Shown one piece after another: positions 1 to 12,750 of a DNA stretch of 64,000 nt; the stretch's first letter is position 1; the number at the start of each line of letters is the position of its first letter. Below the pieces are notes generated by a model. The model was not told the origin of the DNA and made no database searches. It saw nothing but the letters and a program-made list of their open reading frames with translations. Origin of the DNA: Octopus vulgaris (taxonomy: Eukaryota); assembly GCA_951406725.2 (NCBI GenBank), contig OX597823.1, forward strand, positions 7,874,001 to 7,938,000. The letters run 5' to 3'. The translations under genes were made by a program, and so were the position numbers.

Positions 1-1700
1 CACTACTTGACACTAAAGGCTATATTTGTAATGTCTCTGCCAGACTTAAAGCCACATTGAGACTCTGCAACAAAGATAGAATATATTAATGCGAGCGGCC
101 CATTCAATAAATTTGCTGAATATCTTACAGGCTGATACAAGTTAGAGTATATCATGAAAGTTACCACTGTTGGGCTTGGCACCTTTTCTCTTGTACAGTA
201 AAGTCAGTGTAGTATCTTTCCAAACCTGCAAAACCTGTGAGGCATTCCATACATTGATAATTAGTGTAGTTACAAGATCAGCTACAAAATCCACAATAAT
301 CTCATTTGGTAGTCTATCCACTCCTGATTCATAACAATTTCAATTTCCTCTATACTAGGATTTTATCCATTTCTTGAATAAGATGGTACTGCTAAAATCC
401 AGTTGAATATCAATGGATATGTTCTACCACCATCCATTCTTCATTGCTCCTAGTTTTTTCTGAAAAATTTCTTTTATTTCTTCAATAATTCTTCTGTCAT
501 CAACAGTTCCTTTCCAGGTGTAATTTATGGTTAATTTCTTGAAGCTCAGATATTTCTAAGTTATTTTCATTGAATCATCTATGTATTAGTGCGTCTTGAA
601 ACCCAAAATATTGGTTTCAAATTTTGGCACACGACCAGTAATTTGGAGGAAAGGAATAAGTCAATTACATTGATCTCAGTACTCAACTGGTACTTATTTT
701 ATTGATCCTGAAAGAATGAAAGGCAAAGTTAATCATGGCGGAATTTGAACTGGGAACATTTAGATGGCTTTTGCAGTAGTGGGAAAAGATGAAAGGCAAT
801 GCTGACCTTGGTGAAATTTGAACTCAGAATGTGCAAAGTGCAGACGGATGAAATTCTGCTAAGCATTTTGTGCTAACAATTTTGCCGACTCACTGCCTTC
901 TTGAAGCCTAAAATATTGACAGTGATAACAAACATTTTGTTTGAACTGATCACTAACCACCTGCTGATGGATTTCCTGGAACTTCACAAAAATATAGATA
1001 TGGCAGGATCTTGGAGTTTGTCAGTGTTCAGCCATTTCAGAACCTTAGTGTAACTTTTTCCTTAAGTTTGGTCATACAAGGTAAAACTTTAGGCAACAGA
1101 GATCACAAATATTACCTGATAAAGTGAATAAGATAACTCTGTTTTGACTGAGGGTAGATTCAAGTAACTCCGTAACCATTCGCAGTTGCAGAAGTTGTAA
1201 ACCGTTTCAGTTTATGTTACCCATGTTGAAATATCCTAAACTTGTTACAGCTCTGACTTAACCTGGCACTGAAGTCACCAGATAGGATGATTTTATCTCC
1301 AGAGAATAGAGCTTCTAAGATTCTTATAGAAAAGAGGTAGTTCCTGCCATTGATTGATAAGTTGGTGCATACACAGAAAAGAAAATCACAAGGCATCCAC
1401 AAGACAACAGTAAGTGGTATGTAATTATATGGTTAGCACACTGGATAACAAAACTTCTTATCTTCTATCAGCTTAATTTTTCTTGATTGCATAGCAACTG
1501 CAGTCTTTTCGTTTTTCAACTATCAGCTATTCTAATTAGCTGACTTTCTTCTGACAATCAAGCCTCAGCAAGTATACCAACATCGATCAGGTATACATCA
1601 AGCACTGCTGTAACAAAAGCAGTACGGTACTCATGTCTGCTGAACTTTGCATCATCCAGCTGAGTGGGCACTTTTTCAGCATCATAGATGTGCCCTTTGC
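1..1700 (-). mobile_element. Degenerate RTE-clade LINE (endonuclease to RT start), interrupted by a SINE
   Basis: Fragments DKIILSGDFSARL, KHPRS, WKDTTLTLLYKRKGAKPNSGNF and ESQCGFKSGR with many stops. Confidence 0.7.
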
Positions 1701-2530
1701 TTGTATATACTTTTGCATTTTAAACTTTAATTTTTTGCATTTGTTGTTCTAGCTGAAATGATAGCAAGTCACAGTAAATTAAACTTGTGGGAAAACAATA
1801 TTTGGCATACTTTCTAATAATTGGTTGGGTAGTATCCTCCTTAAATAAGACTGCTCAGTCACAGGGCATTCTATCCAATTTTTCTAACAGCCATGATTGA
1901 AGAATACAACATCAAGGTAAATTCACTGCCTCCTAATTTACAGATGTGAGACTGTATTCTTCTAGTGAGTCAAGTCTGAAAACATTACTACACCCATCAT
2001 CGAAGGAGTTTACGATATGGATAAGACTGGTTTATTTTGTTCTATCTCTATAAAAAAATTAATGTTTGATAGTAATAATTATGAGAAGCATAATGTACTT
2101 CAGTGTTTGTAAGTATTGATATATTGTAGACAGACATTTATTCAATATGAACAACACTCTGTAAATATCAGCTACCATGTTTCAGTGACGAGAAAATATG
2201 AAAATGACTATGGGAGTATCAACCAGAGGTTTTATATTAGGGTTTTCTTCTCTTAGTCTTCGCCACTCAAGGCAAGTTTAAAATTCAGGATTTTCTGCCT
2301 CCTGCATGCATATCCTCACTTGACTATCACCTCCAAGTGGTCTTAAAGAGCAATTTTTCACCATCTACAGGGCTTCCATACTTCTGAACTTTATTGCTAG
2401 TTAGTCATTGACCCTGTGCTGTGTTCCTCTGACTTGCATTTCTTCAGCTGGGTTTTTAGCAAACCTTCTTCACTAAGCGTTTCTAACAGGAGAGTTGATT
2501 TAGTCACCAACAAACCAACCAGGAATATGT

Positions 2531-2689
2531 CTTTTACTCTTTAAATTGTTTCAGTCATTTGATTGCGGCCATGTAAGCCCTGTACTTATTCTATCGGTCT
2601 CTTTTGCCAAACCGCTAGGTGACGGGGACATAAACACACCAGCATCGGTTGTCAAGCAATGCTAGGTGGACAAACACAGACACACAAAC

Positions 2690-2720
<31 letters not shown>

Positions 2721-2892
2721 CATATATACGACAGGCTTCTTTCAGTTTCCATCTACCAAATCCACTCACAAGGCATTGGTCGGCCCAGGGCTATAGCAGA
2801 AGACACTTGCCCAAGATGCCACGCAGTGGGACTGAACCCGGAACCATGTGGATGGTTAGCACGCTACTTACCACACAGCCACTCCTGCGCCT
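2531..2892 (-). mobile_element. tRNA-derived SINE family A
   Basis: Head GGCGCAGGAGTGGCTGTGTGGTAAG...GGTTCAGTCCC (A/B-box-like), internal (TA)(TG) microsatellite, GACTGAAAC tail. Confidence 0.85.
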
Positions 2893-3284
2893 ATGTGTAT
2901 GTACACATTTAAAACATATTTAACAAAAGATAGGATGGGTTGGATGGGACAAGCTAAGACACATCTACATTTTGTTTCCAGTCAAATAAAAGAGTTAATA
3001 ATTTGTACAAAGATAGGGAAATAGAGAGAGAGGAAGAGAGAGTGAAGAAAAATAGCTTAAATTTTGAATTATTCTATTTCTTCTTATCGTTGTCTGTCTT
3101 GAATATGGAAAGTAAACATAGCGACTTAAAAATCCCGCTTCATAAAAAATTTATAAAGCAGCATTTTCTTTAAATACTGTTGCACTCTGTATTGACATTT
3201 TCATTACGATATCTTTTATTGTCTTGAAAAGTATCTCTGCTACTACTACTACTGCTACTACTACCGCTGCTGCTGCTGTGGCTG

Positions 3285-3364
<80 letters not shown>

Positions 3365-3865
3365 TTATTCTTTTATTGGCCACAAGGGCTCACATAAAAT
3401 AACATTAAAGGACATGCAACAACATAAAAGACAAAAGCTGGACGATACAATGTGTTTTCCGCATGTAAACAATATAAATAACAATTAAAATTGAACAAAT
3501 TAAAACTCTCAATCGGGGAATCACTTTAAGGATTTCGTGGGAAAACTCACAAAAGCCATGGGCGCCTGATCAACAGGGCAAGAGCCCTTCTCCTTTAGTT
3601 CCCTTTTTTTACATGTGCATGCTCAGAGTTGGTCCTTTCGCACTGGCCATTCTTCCAACATTCACCCACCTTTCAACAAACTTGCTACAAGGCAACACTT
3701 CCCTTTCCACCCTCATCTTCCTTTACAAGTGAAACTCGAAAAAGTTGATGAGGGCTTGGCCAAAGAGGAAAGAGTCTGTCTTTAACCCTTTCAAACAGGT
3801 CCACTATACTACCTCTTTCGCTACAGCCACTAGAGAAATAAAAATTGCCTGCCCCTCCTGCTCAT
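3365..3865 (-). mobile_element. 3' end of an L1/Tx1-like LINE next to a (TAA)n tract
   Basis: Minus-strand peptide AIFISLVAVAKE..VW..RVEREVL...FVERW resembles Tx1 ORF2 C-termini. Confidence 0.55.
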
Positions 3866-3931
3866 TGGCAGTGGCAGTGATAATGATGATGATGATGATG
3901 ATGATGAACTGATCTTGCTATATAAGCCATA

Positions 3932-4255
3932 TGAGGGCGCGTGGCTTAGTGGTTAGGGCATTCGGCTCATGATCGTAAGGTTGTGAGTTCGATTCCCGGC
4001 GACGCGTTGTGTCCTTGAGCAAGACACTTTATTTCACGTTGCTCCAGTCTACTCAGCTGGCAAAAATGAGTTGTACTTGTATTTCAAAGGGTCAGCCTTG
4101 TCACTCTCTGTGTCACGCTGATTATCCCCGAGAACTACGTTAAGAGTACACGTGTCTGTGGAATGCTCAGCCATTTGCACGTTAATTTCATGAGCAAGCT
4201 GTTCCGTTGATCGTATCAGCTGGGACCCTCGTCGTCGTAACCGGCGGAGTCTTTA
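3932..4255 (+). mobile_element. tRNA-derived SINE family B
   Basis: GGCGCGTGGCTTAGTGGTTAGGGC A-box, GAGTTCGATTCCC B-box, GTGTCCTTGAGCAAGACACTTTA core. Confidence 0.82.
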
Positions 4256-4664
4256 AAAATATAAGCCAATAGACCAGATATTGTGGTAGAAAATCATATT
4301 GACCAAGCCTGTGTGCTCAGTCCCATCAGACTGCAACACTTTTGTAGAAACATTTGAGAAGTTAAGTAATTATAAGAACCTTGAAATAGAGGTCTGAAAA
4401 ATGTAGTATCTAAGAACAAGAACTGTACCTGTGATCACTGGAGCTTTGGGGACAATGCCAAATGACATTCTTGGATACTATAAGAAAATTGTTCAAGTGA
4501 GAACTTACCACATCATAAGAAAGACACTGCCATCTTGAAATACCTAACTCTCTTAAAACACTTGCAAAATCTGAAATATTACAAATTTAACAGAATCTTA
4601 ATTCTCAGATTCTCATCTCCTTCCAACACAATATATCATTGCTAGTTATTGGCAAACCAATCCT

Positions 4665-5022
4665 ATGACTGGCACCCGGCAGATGCCAGGACCCCTGGAC
4701 TGGAGATACGTAAAAAGCACTATCCGAATCGTGGCCAAAGCCAGCGCCACCTCAACTGGCTTCCGTGCCGGTGGCACGTAAAATGCACCAATCCGACCAT
4801 GGCCGATGCCAACCTCGCCTGGCACCAGTGCAGGTGGCACGTAAAAAGCACCCACTACACTCACGGAGTGGTTGGCGTTAGGAAGGGCATCCAGCTGTAG
4901 AAACCTTGCCAGATAAGACCGGAGACTGGTGCAGCCTTCTGGCTTCCCAGATCTCCGGTCGAACCGTCCAACCCATGCCAGCATGGAGAACGGACGTTAA
5001 ATGATGATGATGATGATGATGA
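4665..5022 (+). mobile_element. RTE-tail short repeat (truncated LINE or SINE) with (GAT)n tail
   Basis: GGTGGCACGTAAAAAGCACC subrepeats and GGCGTTAGGAAGGGCATCCAGCTGTAG. Confidence 0.8.
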
Positions 5023-5397
5023 TGTGAAGCATCCAACTTGCTGTTATTTGAGGTCTTTGAGTGAGGCTTGGAATTGCTCATATGAAACAAAGTAACAATG
5101 ACATAAACAACAACAATGTAGTGCATGTGAATGTATGCAGAGGAGAATATCATTGTCGTTATGCTGTGTAAATAATTTTAGGTGATATTTTTCCAGAATT
5201 AAATCTGGTCGTTTGGAAAAGTTCATGTTTTTTTTTTTTTAAATGTCATGACATTATTGACCCTTGTTGTTTACCATTCAATGTGTTACATGTATAAGTG
5301 CAGTAAAGAATTTTTTATATACAAATAATAATACATTATTTTATTAAGCAATTAATCTGCAGTAACTTGGTGCAATTATATCAGAAAAATTACTTAC

Positions 5398-5581
5398 CAA
5401 ATAAATCATTCTTGTTACATAAATTTCCGGTACAACAAGTAACACAAGAACTGCCGTTGTTCAAGGTTTTGCAGGTAAATACATTGTTTTTCTCAGCTTC
5501 GATACATTTTCTGTAAGTGCTGCATGATTTTTCAAACTTGATTGAATGGCCAGTCATTGATATTCTGCTCATGCAAAAAGG
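5398..5581 (-). CDS. Exon 14: C-terminal half of the Ly6/uPAR-like domain PFCMSRISMTGHSIKFEKSCSTYRKC...SSCVTCCTGNLCNKNDLF
   Basis: 184 nt, phase 0 to 1, diagnostic CCxxxLCN motif, GTAAGT donor at 5392-5397. Confidence 0.88.
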
Positions 5582-5621
5582 CTGCCATAATAAATATAAA
5601 AGGTATATAAAAGTTATGTAA

Positions 5622-5685
<64 letters not shown>

Positions 5686-5719
5686 ACTACTACTACTGCT
5701 GCACAATCAAACCAAGAAA

Positions 5720-6700
5720 TCTTAGATGATATTCTCAAGGGAAGTGTGAGAAATCATAAGAACAAATGTTGAAGAAACATGTTTGGAGGAGAAATTTGGG
5801 ACAAGAGTAGCAAGCACAATGGTAAAGCAAAGTGGATACAGCAAGTATAAAAGATTCGGAAGCAGAAGGATTTTACCAGCATGAAAGCAAAGATGCGAAA
5901 GCTGCTGGAGCAGATCTTGGTCCATGGTCACTGGCTGTAAGAATTCATAATAGAGATACAAGCAAATGTATACATGTTAAAGAGGGATGTGATTAATTAA
6001 ATGAAGACCTTGAAAGGCAAATTAAAAGGCAGGGTTGCCTCAAATCACCGCCCAGTTACAAGTTTGTTACGTGGAAACTGCAAATAGGGATATCATCAGA
6101 ATTATATTAATATCTTTATGAGAAACATTTCATAGCTTATGAACCAAAAGATTATCAAAAAATGGAGCAAGAAGATGAAAGTCCATTTAATGATCAATAT
6201 GATGGTTTTGGGGAATTTCAGAAACAAAACGATAAATATATGCATGGCTCTATTATAGAAGGGTATATTACTTAATTGCATATTCACGGATCAAGCATTA
6301 CCTAGAACTATTCAAGATGTCAAAAGCAGCTATCCAATAAAAATACAATGCGATTCTGGAGAGTAGAGTTAGCATCAGGAGGAAAAAGATTAGCAGATGT
6401 ATAGATTAGAAAAGGAATCTTTCAAAGGATGATTCCTCTCTTATCTTGTTTACAATTGCACTGATTCCATTGTTGATTATTCTAAACATAGCTGGGAAGG
6501 GATATTCACTGATAAAGAATAAAGGGGAAATGAATAATCTCTTCATCAATGATTTATGACAAAAATAAGCATCAATTAGATTCTTTGGTACAAATTGTAC
6601 AAATATTCTATACTCACATTGGAATGACATGACGGTATCTTTGAAATGGGTTATGATAGAGATGAAATGAGAGAATCATGAAAAGTGTTGGAATAGATCA
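5720..6700 (+). mobile_element. Highly degenerate R4/Dong-like RT fragment
   Basis: Remnants such as LADV-IRKGIFQ and NNLFIND; weak. Confidence 0.45.
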
Positions 6701-7149
6701 ATGAATATGTATGTGTCTGGGTCATTTGCATTGATGTTGGTGTTGCTCTGAGGGGTGGCCACTTCTCTTAGGACTTATGTTTTAAATAGACTAGTCTTAA
6801 TCCCCTTTGCTGTTTTGATTGTAGTATTGGTTTTTGCAACAGCAGTTGTTGCTGCTACTATTCATACTGATTTTGTTGTTGTTCTTACTGGTGCTACTCT
6901 TATTTCTGCTGTTGCAGGCATACGGTATCATCCAAAATACAGAAGATGCCCCTGTGTAATGCAAGCATTCACTCATCTTAAAAAGCAACCAATCATTATG
7001 CTCCCCAGTAAATAGGATAGTTACCAATTCTGAGGAATCCTTTCCCACACTACTTCTCAATACTAAAGATCCTGCAAGTAGTACTCTCTTGGAGAAAGCC
7101 TTCACAGATGTTCATATTGTATCCAATTTCACCCAGTACACTACTTAAA

Positions 7150-7647
7150 TCTGTTCCAAAATGTGGTATGCAAGAGAGGAGAAAGTGGATGGTACCTGTG
7201 GAAGAGAGATTCCCAAAAAGACATGGGATGAAGTGGTGAGGACCGACTGAGGAAGTTGGGGCTCACAGAGGAAATGACAGTGGACCAAGATGTTTGGAAA
7301 TATGTGGTTCTAGAGAAGACCCGTCCATGAAACTAAGTGCTAGAAGAGTTGCGTCCCACCTATATTTAACAACACACTTTTCATCCACTCTACCCTAAGA
7401 AACAGAACTACAACCCCTCTTCTAACTGCATTTTTCTCCTTGCATTTTCTCTTCATAAATTATGATTGCTTTCCAATCCCCTTTCTTGCCCTCACTACTG
7501 TGCTCACTGTATTACTATTTCCCACCCACCCCAACACCCACACCCTATTTTTTTACACAGGTTCTATGCTCAGATCCTTATTCCTTGTGAGTATACCCTA
7601 GCACTACACAATATCTCTTCTGCTCTCTCTAACACTTTTGCTGTTTC

Positions 7648-7684
<37 letters not shown>

Positions 7685-8310
7685 GACTAGGTAACCAAAT
7701 ATCTCCTTTACTCAGCACACTTGTTTCTGGCCTCTTTCTTGTACCTCTCTCTCACTCTCTATCTCTTTTCTCTCTCTCAATGGCTAACCATGTATCTCCT
7801 CTATAGCAAGACACCTATTTCTGCCTCTCTATTTCTCTGTTACACTCTAACCATTCATCATCTGATACTGGATCATCTTCTCTAATGACCCCTTTGTTGT
7901 GGCAAGACATCTCCTTCTGTCTCTCTGTCTCTTTGTCACACTCTAACCTTTCATCCTCTGATACAAGTTCCTTTCCTCAAATGCCCTGTCCCTCTCATAA
8001 TTCCTTGTCTTGTGCAGTTACTTGGTTACCCTGCCAGTGCTGGTGCCACATTAAAAGCATCCGGTCCACACTGTAATGTGGTTAGTGTTTGGAAGGGCAT
8101 TTAACTGTAAAGATCATGCCAAAACTAACCTTACCTCTGCTAGTACCATATTAAAAGTCTACTCTGTGGAGTGGTTGACGTTAGGAAGGGAATCCAGCCA
8201 TAAAATCCCTGTCAAAACAGGTACAGTAGCTTAGGGTAGTTTTTCTACCAGGCCAGATCCTGTCAACTGTCCTACCCATGCATGCATGGAAGATGGATGT
8301 TAAACGATGT
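7150..8310 (+). mobile_element. Older RTE LINE 3' end with long 3'UTR
   Basis: VDGTCG...PKKTWDEVVRTD remnant; terminal region homologous to the RTE-tail repeats. Confidence 0.6.
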
Positions 8311-8400
8311 GTGTGTGTGTGTTCGTGCATGCGCGTGTGTGTATGTATGTATTGTAGTGATATATGTATAATAGCAGAAGAGAAAAACATCTCAGTTTAC

Positions 8401-8492
8401 CTCTGCATCAGAACAATTAGTCACTTCTGGGTTATAGCACTTGAGCCCTGAACATGTTTGACACTGCAATTTTTTTTGAAAAAGTGAGTAAT
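8401..8492 (-). CDS. Exon 13: N-terminal half of a Ly6/uPAR-like domain (D)YSLFQKKLQCQTCSGLKCYNPEVTNCSDAE
   Basis: 92 nt, phase 1 to 0, TTTTGCAG acceptor and AG/GTAAAC donor; LxCxxC start typical of three-finger domains; bridges the phases of exons 12 and 14. Confidence 0.85.
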
Positions 8493-8988
8493 CTGCAAAA
8501 TATTAAAAAATATCCAGTTAGCAACCAAAGATTGTCATGTATTGAAGTTATAGAAAATATTTGCTTTGAGGTGTAAAACAAAAATGTATAAATATGAGTG
8601 ATTATAAAGTTTATATACCAAATAACAAAGACTGTAAAAAAGCTTCAATTTTTCTGTTGGAATTGTTTCAAATTCTTTTCTTTTGTCTGAAGCAGATTTG
8701 TTGCTCATTCAATTCAGCATGTTTCTAGAGTGTAATGGCAGCAATGATATTAATAGAAATTCTTGTTTTGGCACATCATAAATATTTGAAGAGAGGTAGT
8801 GTTAATCAACAGGTATTTATTTTAATGTCCCCGCAAATTATGAAAAGCAAAGAGATGTTTTTGGTAAACAAAGTAGGTTGTGACTAAATACTACTAGGTA
8901 TTTTAATCAATGCTCTCCTGGTTCTGTAAATGATTATAGTAATATCAAATTACAAAATAATAATAGAAATAAGGGGTATATTACTTAC

Positions 8989-9158
8989 CATGACATAATG
9001 GATATCTTGATGGATGTATTATATTTAGTTGGTTTGGGCCATGCCCCATATTGCAGTGGCTCCTGACAATCACGTGTCTGTTATATGTTTTATTTATATA
9101 ATCAACAACAGCTGGCAAATGACATCCACAGAACAAGTCTTTATTGTCTCTCAAGTCA
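8989..9158 (-). CDS. Exon 12: last LRR strand + LRRCT cap (F)DLRDNKDLFCGCHLPAVVDYINKTYNRHVIVRSHCNMGHGPNQLNIIHPSRYPLCH
   Basis: 170 nt, phase 2 to 1, open frame, N..FCGC.L...C...C LRRCT pattern, CAG/GTAAGT sites. Confidence 0.88.
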
Positions 9159-10829
9159 CTGTAATTACAGAGAGAATGCTAACAATATTTTCATGAGATC
9201 AATAAATTCCTAGATACAAAAGTTAAGTAATTTAGAGCAGATGCTCAGAGGATGTGACATTTTTTCATAAGGCATAACTAGTATGAGTGGAGTGAGATGG
9301 TTTCTAGTGGAAACTAGACTTTTCAGATTTTGCTTTCTAGTAACTTATGTCTTAAATAAGTCTCTTTGCTAGAAGATTTATAGGCAATTGAATCAACCCA
9401 ATTGTACATATTCTTCCTTTTTGTGGTAAATTATCAATGGAGAACTTGAAACTGAATGGAAACAGGATGAAACTGAAACATGAATGGAAATTGAATCTGG
9501 TAGGATCTGACCTTAAAGTGGGAAAATATTAAAGCCATTCACACTCACCACATCCCACCAGATAGTGTAAAGATTTATAAGAATTAGAAAGTGATACATT
9601 CATTTTATATAAGAAATAACTAAAGACTTGTTGAAGTTAGATCCAGATTACAGTGAGCTTACCACTTACTTTCTTGATCTATTAAATTGTTCACAAATAA
9701 CCAGTCAACAAAATATTAGAAGTAGTTCTGGGAGAAAACATCCAAATTGCTGATTCTGAACAACATCTTGTTATGTGCAATTAGCTCAGATTTCAGGACT
9801 GCTTGAACTTTCCCAAAACATTCCTTCCTGATTCTCTCTTTCATGCTTGCATGCTGAATGCCAAAGCCTTCATTTATTACCTGGTATTTGTAAGTTTATT
9901 CCTGTTCAAGCTCTTTTTTAACTGTGTCAGCATCTAACATGACTGAATTTGAGGTCTTCAAATTCCTTTTTCTGGAAAATAGACTTGGCACTGAATGCTT
10001 TCAAAGTACATGCTAGGCCTGTTCTAGAGGATTTTCAGGCTGTAGCCCATGGATAATTTTCAGAAATCCCTAATCTGGCAATGCTACTGAGAGCAATGTT
10101 GTTTCTGGATAATCTCTACAATCATGGAAGTGCCATCAACCAGGGTTGCCTGAGATATGCACAGAACTACAAAACTGTTCTGCATGCTCTTGTCCTAGCA
10201 TTGCTAACTAGTGGGTTCATGTCAAACACCTGTTGTCATGTGTAGGATGGTTCCAGTCATTGGCTGTGTCCATTGTAAAGATCATCTCAACACCTTCCTT
10301 TGACTAACAAAGGCAGGTAATGCTTATTTTTCTGGTGACTTTAGTGAAAGAGGTTGCATTGTTAACCAGATTGAAAGGGCTGAAGATAGACACTTTAGTC
10401 TTTGGTCAAGCATATGTCATGAAAAGGTAAAGGAAAATTAAGGGTAGAGAGAAAAGTGATGTTTCCCAGCAATTTTGTTAAAAGGTAGGTGAATGTGGCA
10501 AGAATGGTCTAAGTCAATGGACCTACTGTAAGCATGTGCCTGCAGATTAAAGGAAGATGTTGTAGAGAAGGTACTTGCCCCGGTGGTCAAGGCGATTGAG
10601 GTTTCCACAAGCAGCCCAAGGAAGTCTCTCATTTTGGGGGAATTATTTATTTTTAGAATTTATATTGTTAGTGGGTTTTTTTTTTACTTTTTTCATTCTT
10701 CTTTATGTAAACCCACAATGCATTGTCCTATACCATCCCCAATGCTTTTTGTGATCCTTAGTGGTGAATAAAGAAAAGATTATTATTGCTGCTGTTGTTA
10801 TCATTATTTATTATTATTATTATTATTCA

Positions 10830-11255
10830 GTAGTTTTATTTTTATAGTGTGCTTTCACTTCACTACCGAGCGCAGCTCTGTGTGCCTTGGGTATGTGCTG
10901 TGATTTGTTGTGATGCTCTGATGGTTATTGTATGGAAAGTGTTCTGCGTAGGATGTGTGCAGTGCCTAGTAGTGCAATTTTCTGTATGTTATATGTGTTT
11001 CTAAGTCCTGGTGTTTTTGTTATGTATTTGTCTGAATATTTTTTTATCATGCCTAATGCACCTACTATGATAGGAATTGTTTCTGTTTTCAGGTTCCACA
11101 TTCTAGTTACCTCTATTTCCAGGTCTTTGTATTTTGAGAGTTTCTCCATTTCTTTTAGAGACACGTTGTCATCTGCCGGTATTGATACATCAATTAGAAA
11201 GCATTTTTTTTCTTCATGATCTCTGACAACTATATCTGGTCTGTTGGCCTTAATT
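10830..11255 (-). mobile_element. R4/Dong-type non-LTR element 3' end (restriction-like endonuclease)
   Basis: NRPDIVVRDHEEKKCFLIDVSIP...EKLSKYKDL...IPIIVGALG; (TAA)n on both sides. Confidence 0.85.
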
Positions 11256-11811
11256 ATTATTATTATTATTATTATTATTATTGTCTCTCTATTGGTAAGA
11301 TGACTCTCAGATCGCTAGTAAAATTTTGCTTGCTTAACTTTGTTTGAAAAACTTATTATAAAACTGCACCATGTTGTTTCCAAACTAAGCAGGATTCTGT
11401 GGAGTTGGTCAGTTTTGCTTTGTTCTTGTCATTTACAGGGAACTGAATTGAATTATCAACAGAATGTCAGAGGGAGGTAAATAGTGTCAGGAGCAAAAGT
11501 TATAAAACCTCCATCTCCACCATAAGGGTGACTGTAAACCAAAGAACCACCAATGTCAATACAACAGGCAGCAGTAATAGAAACACATACAACAACAATG
11601 GCAACAAAAACCAAAGAGTGAGCAGCAACATCGGGTAATTGGTTCATCAGATGAAGAAGCTAGTGATGGCGGACAAGAAGAGATCAAGGCCAACAATACA
11701 TGAGAGAGCAACGTCTGCCTTGGTGAATAAGCATTGATGAGGACTGAGGATAGGCTAGATTTCTCACTTGTAGATAGTTGTTTATAGACAGAAATAATTG
11801 TTGGTAGGGGA

Positions 11812-12165
11812 TCATCATCATCATCATCATCATCATTATCGTTTAACGTCTGTTTTCCGCGCTAGCACGGGTTGGACGGTTTGACCGGGGTCTGGGAAGC
11901 CAGGGGGCTGCACCAGGCTCCAGTCTGATCTGGCAGTGTTTCTACAGCTGGATGCCCTTCCTAACGCCAACCACTCCGCGAGTGTAGTGGGTGCTTTTTA
12001 CGTGCCACCTGCACAGGTGCCAGGGGGGTCTGGCATCGGCCACGATCGGTTGGTGCTTTTAACGTGCCACCAGCACGGAAGCCAGCCAAGGCGGCGCTGG
12101 CATTGGCCACATTCGGATGGTGCTTTTTATGTGCCACCGGCACAGAAGCCAGTCGAGGCGGCGCC
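11812..12165 (-). mobile_element. RTE-tail short repeat
   Basis: Reverse complement of the 4665-5022 family with (CAT)n. Confidence 0.8.
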
Positions 12166-12452
12166 TGATTTAACTTTTTTGAGATACTTTAAGTAGGTGT
12201 TTGCTATTCCATGAAATGATTTTGAAATCATGGTGATGTGAAGTGAGTTGAGATAGCAGGTAGAGGTAGCGAGCTGGGATAGGAGGTGGGGGGAGTGACA
12301 TCAGTAAATATAAAATGTGACAATTATTCAGTGTCATGGCAACCGAATAATTGTCACATGTTACATTTACAGATAAATTCCTCTATTTGCATAATATCGA
12401 GGTCTCTTTCATTCTTTTGTTGTCTTGCCATTTCTATCAATATATATATATA

Positions 12453-12750
12453 TCATCATCATCATCATCATCATCATTATTGTTTAACGTCCGCTTACCA
12501 TCCTGGCAAGGGTTGGATGGTTTGACTGAAGTCTGGCAAGCCAGTGGGCTGCACCAGGCCCCAGTCTGATGCAGTAATGTTCCTACAGCTGGATACCATT
12601 CCTAATGCCAACCACTGTGTAGTGGGTGCTTTTTACTTGCCACTGGCATGGAAGCCAGTCACAGGGCACTAACCACATTCCGATGGTGCATTTTATGTGC
12701 CAATGACAAAGGAGCCAGTCAGCGGGCACTGACATCAACCATGCTTGGAT
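12453..12750 (-). mobile_element. RTE-tail short repeat, diverged
   Basis: Same family, (CAT)n start. Confidence 0.7.

Noticed and set aside
1985-2045. Tigger/pogo-like peptide VYDMDKTGLF
   Set aside because: A single short motif without TIRs or further homology.
2649-2923. Recurrent ORFs [13 protein letters not shown]... / ...CPRCHAVGLNPEPCGW (also at 32.2, 36.1, 38.4, 42.1, 45.0 and 45.5 kb)
   Set aside because: Antisense translations of SINE family A, not a gene family.
3932-4005. tRNA-like sequences with A/B boxes
   Set aside because: They are SINE heads that continue into SINE bodies and lack a full cloverleaf.
4646-4984. Recurrent ORF ...FLQLDALPNANHS.SVVGAFYVPPA (also 11936 and 43636)
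   Set aside because: Translation of the RTE-tail repeat.
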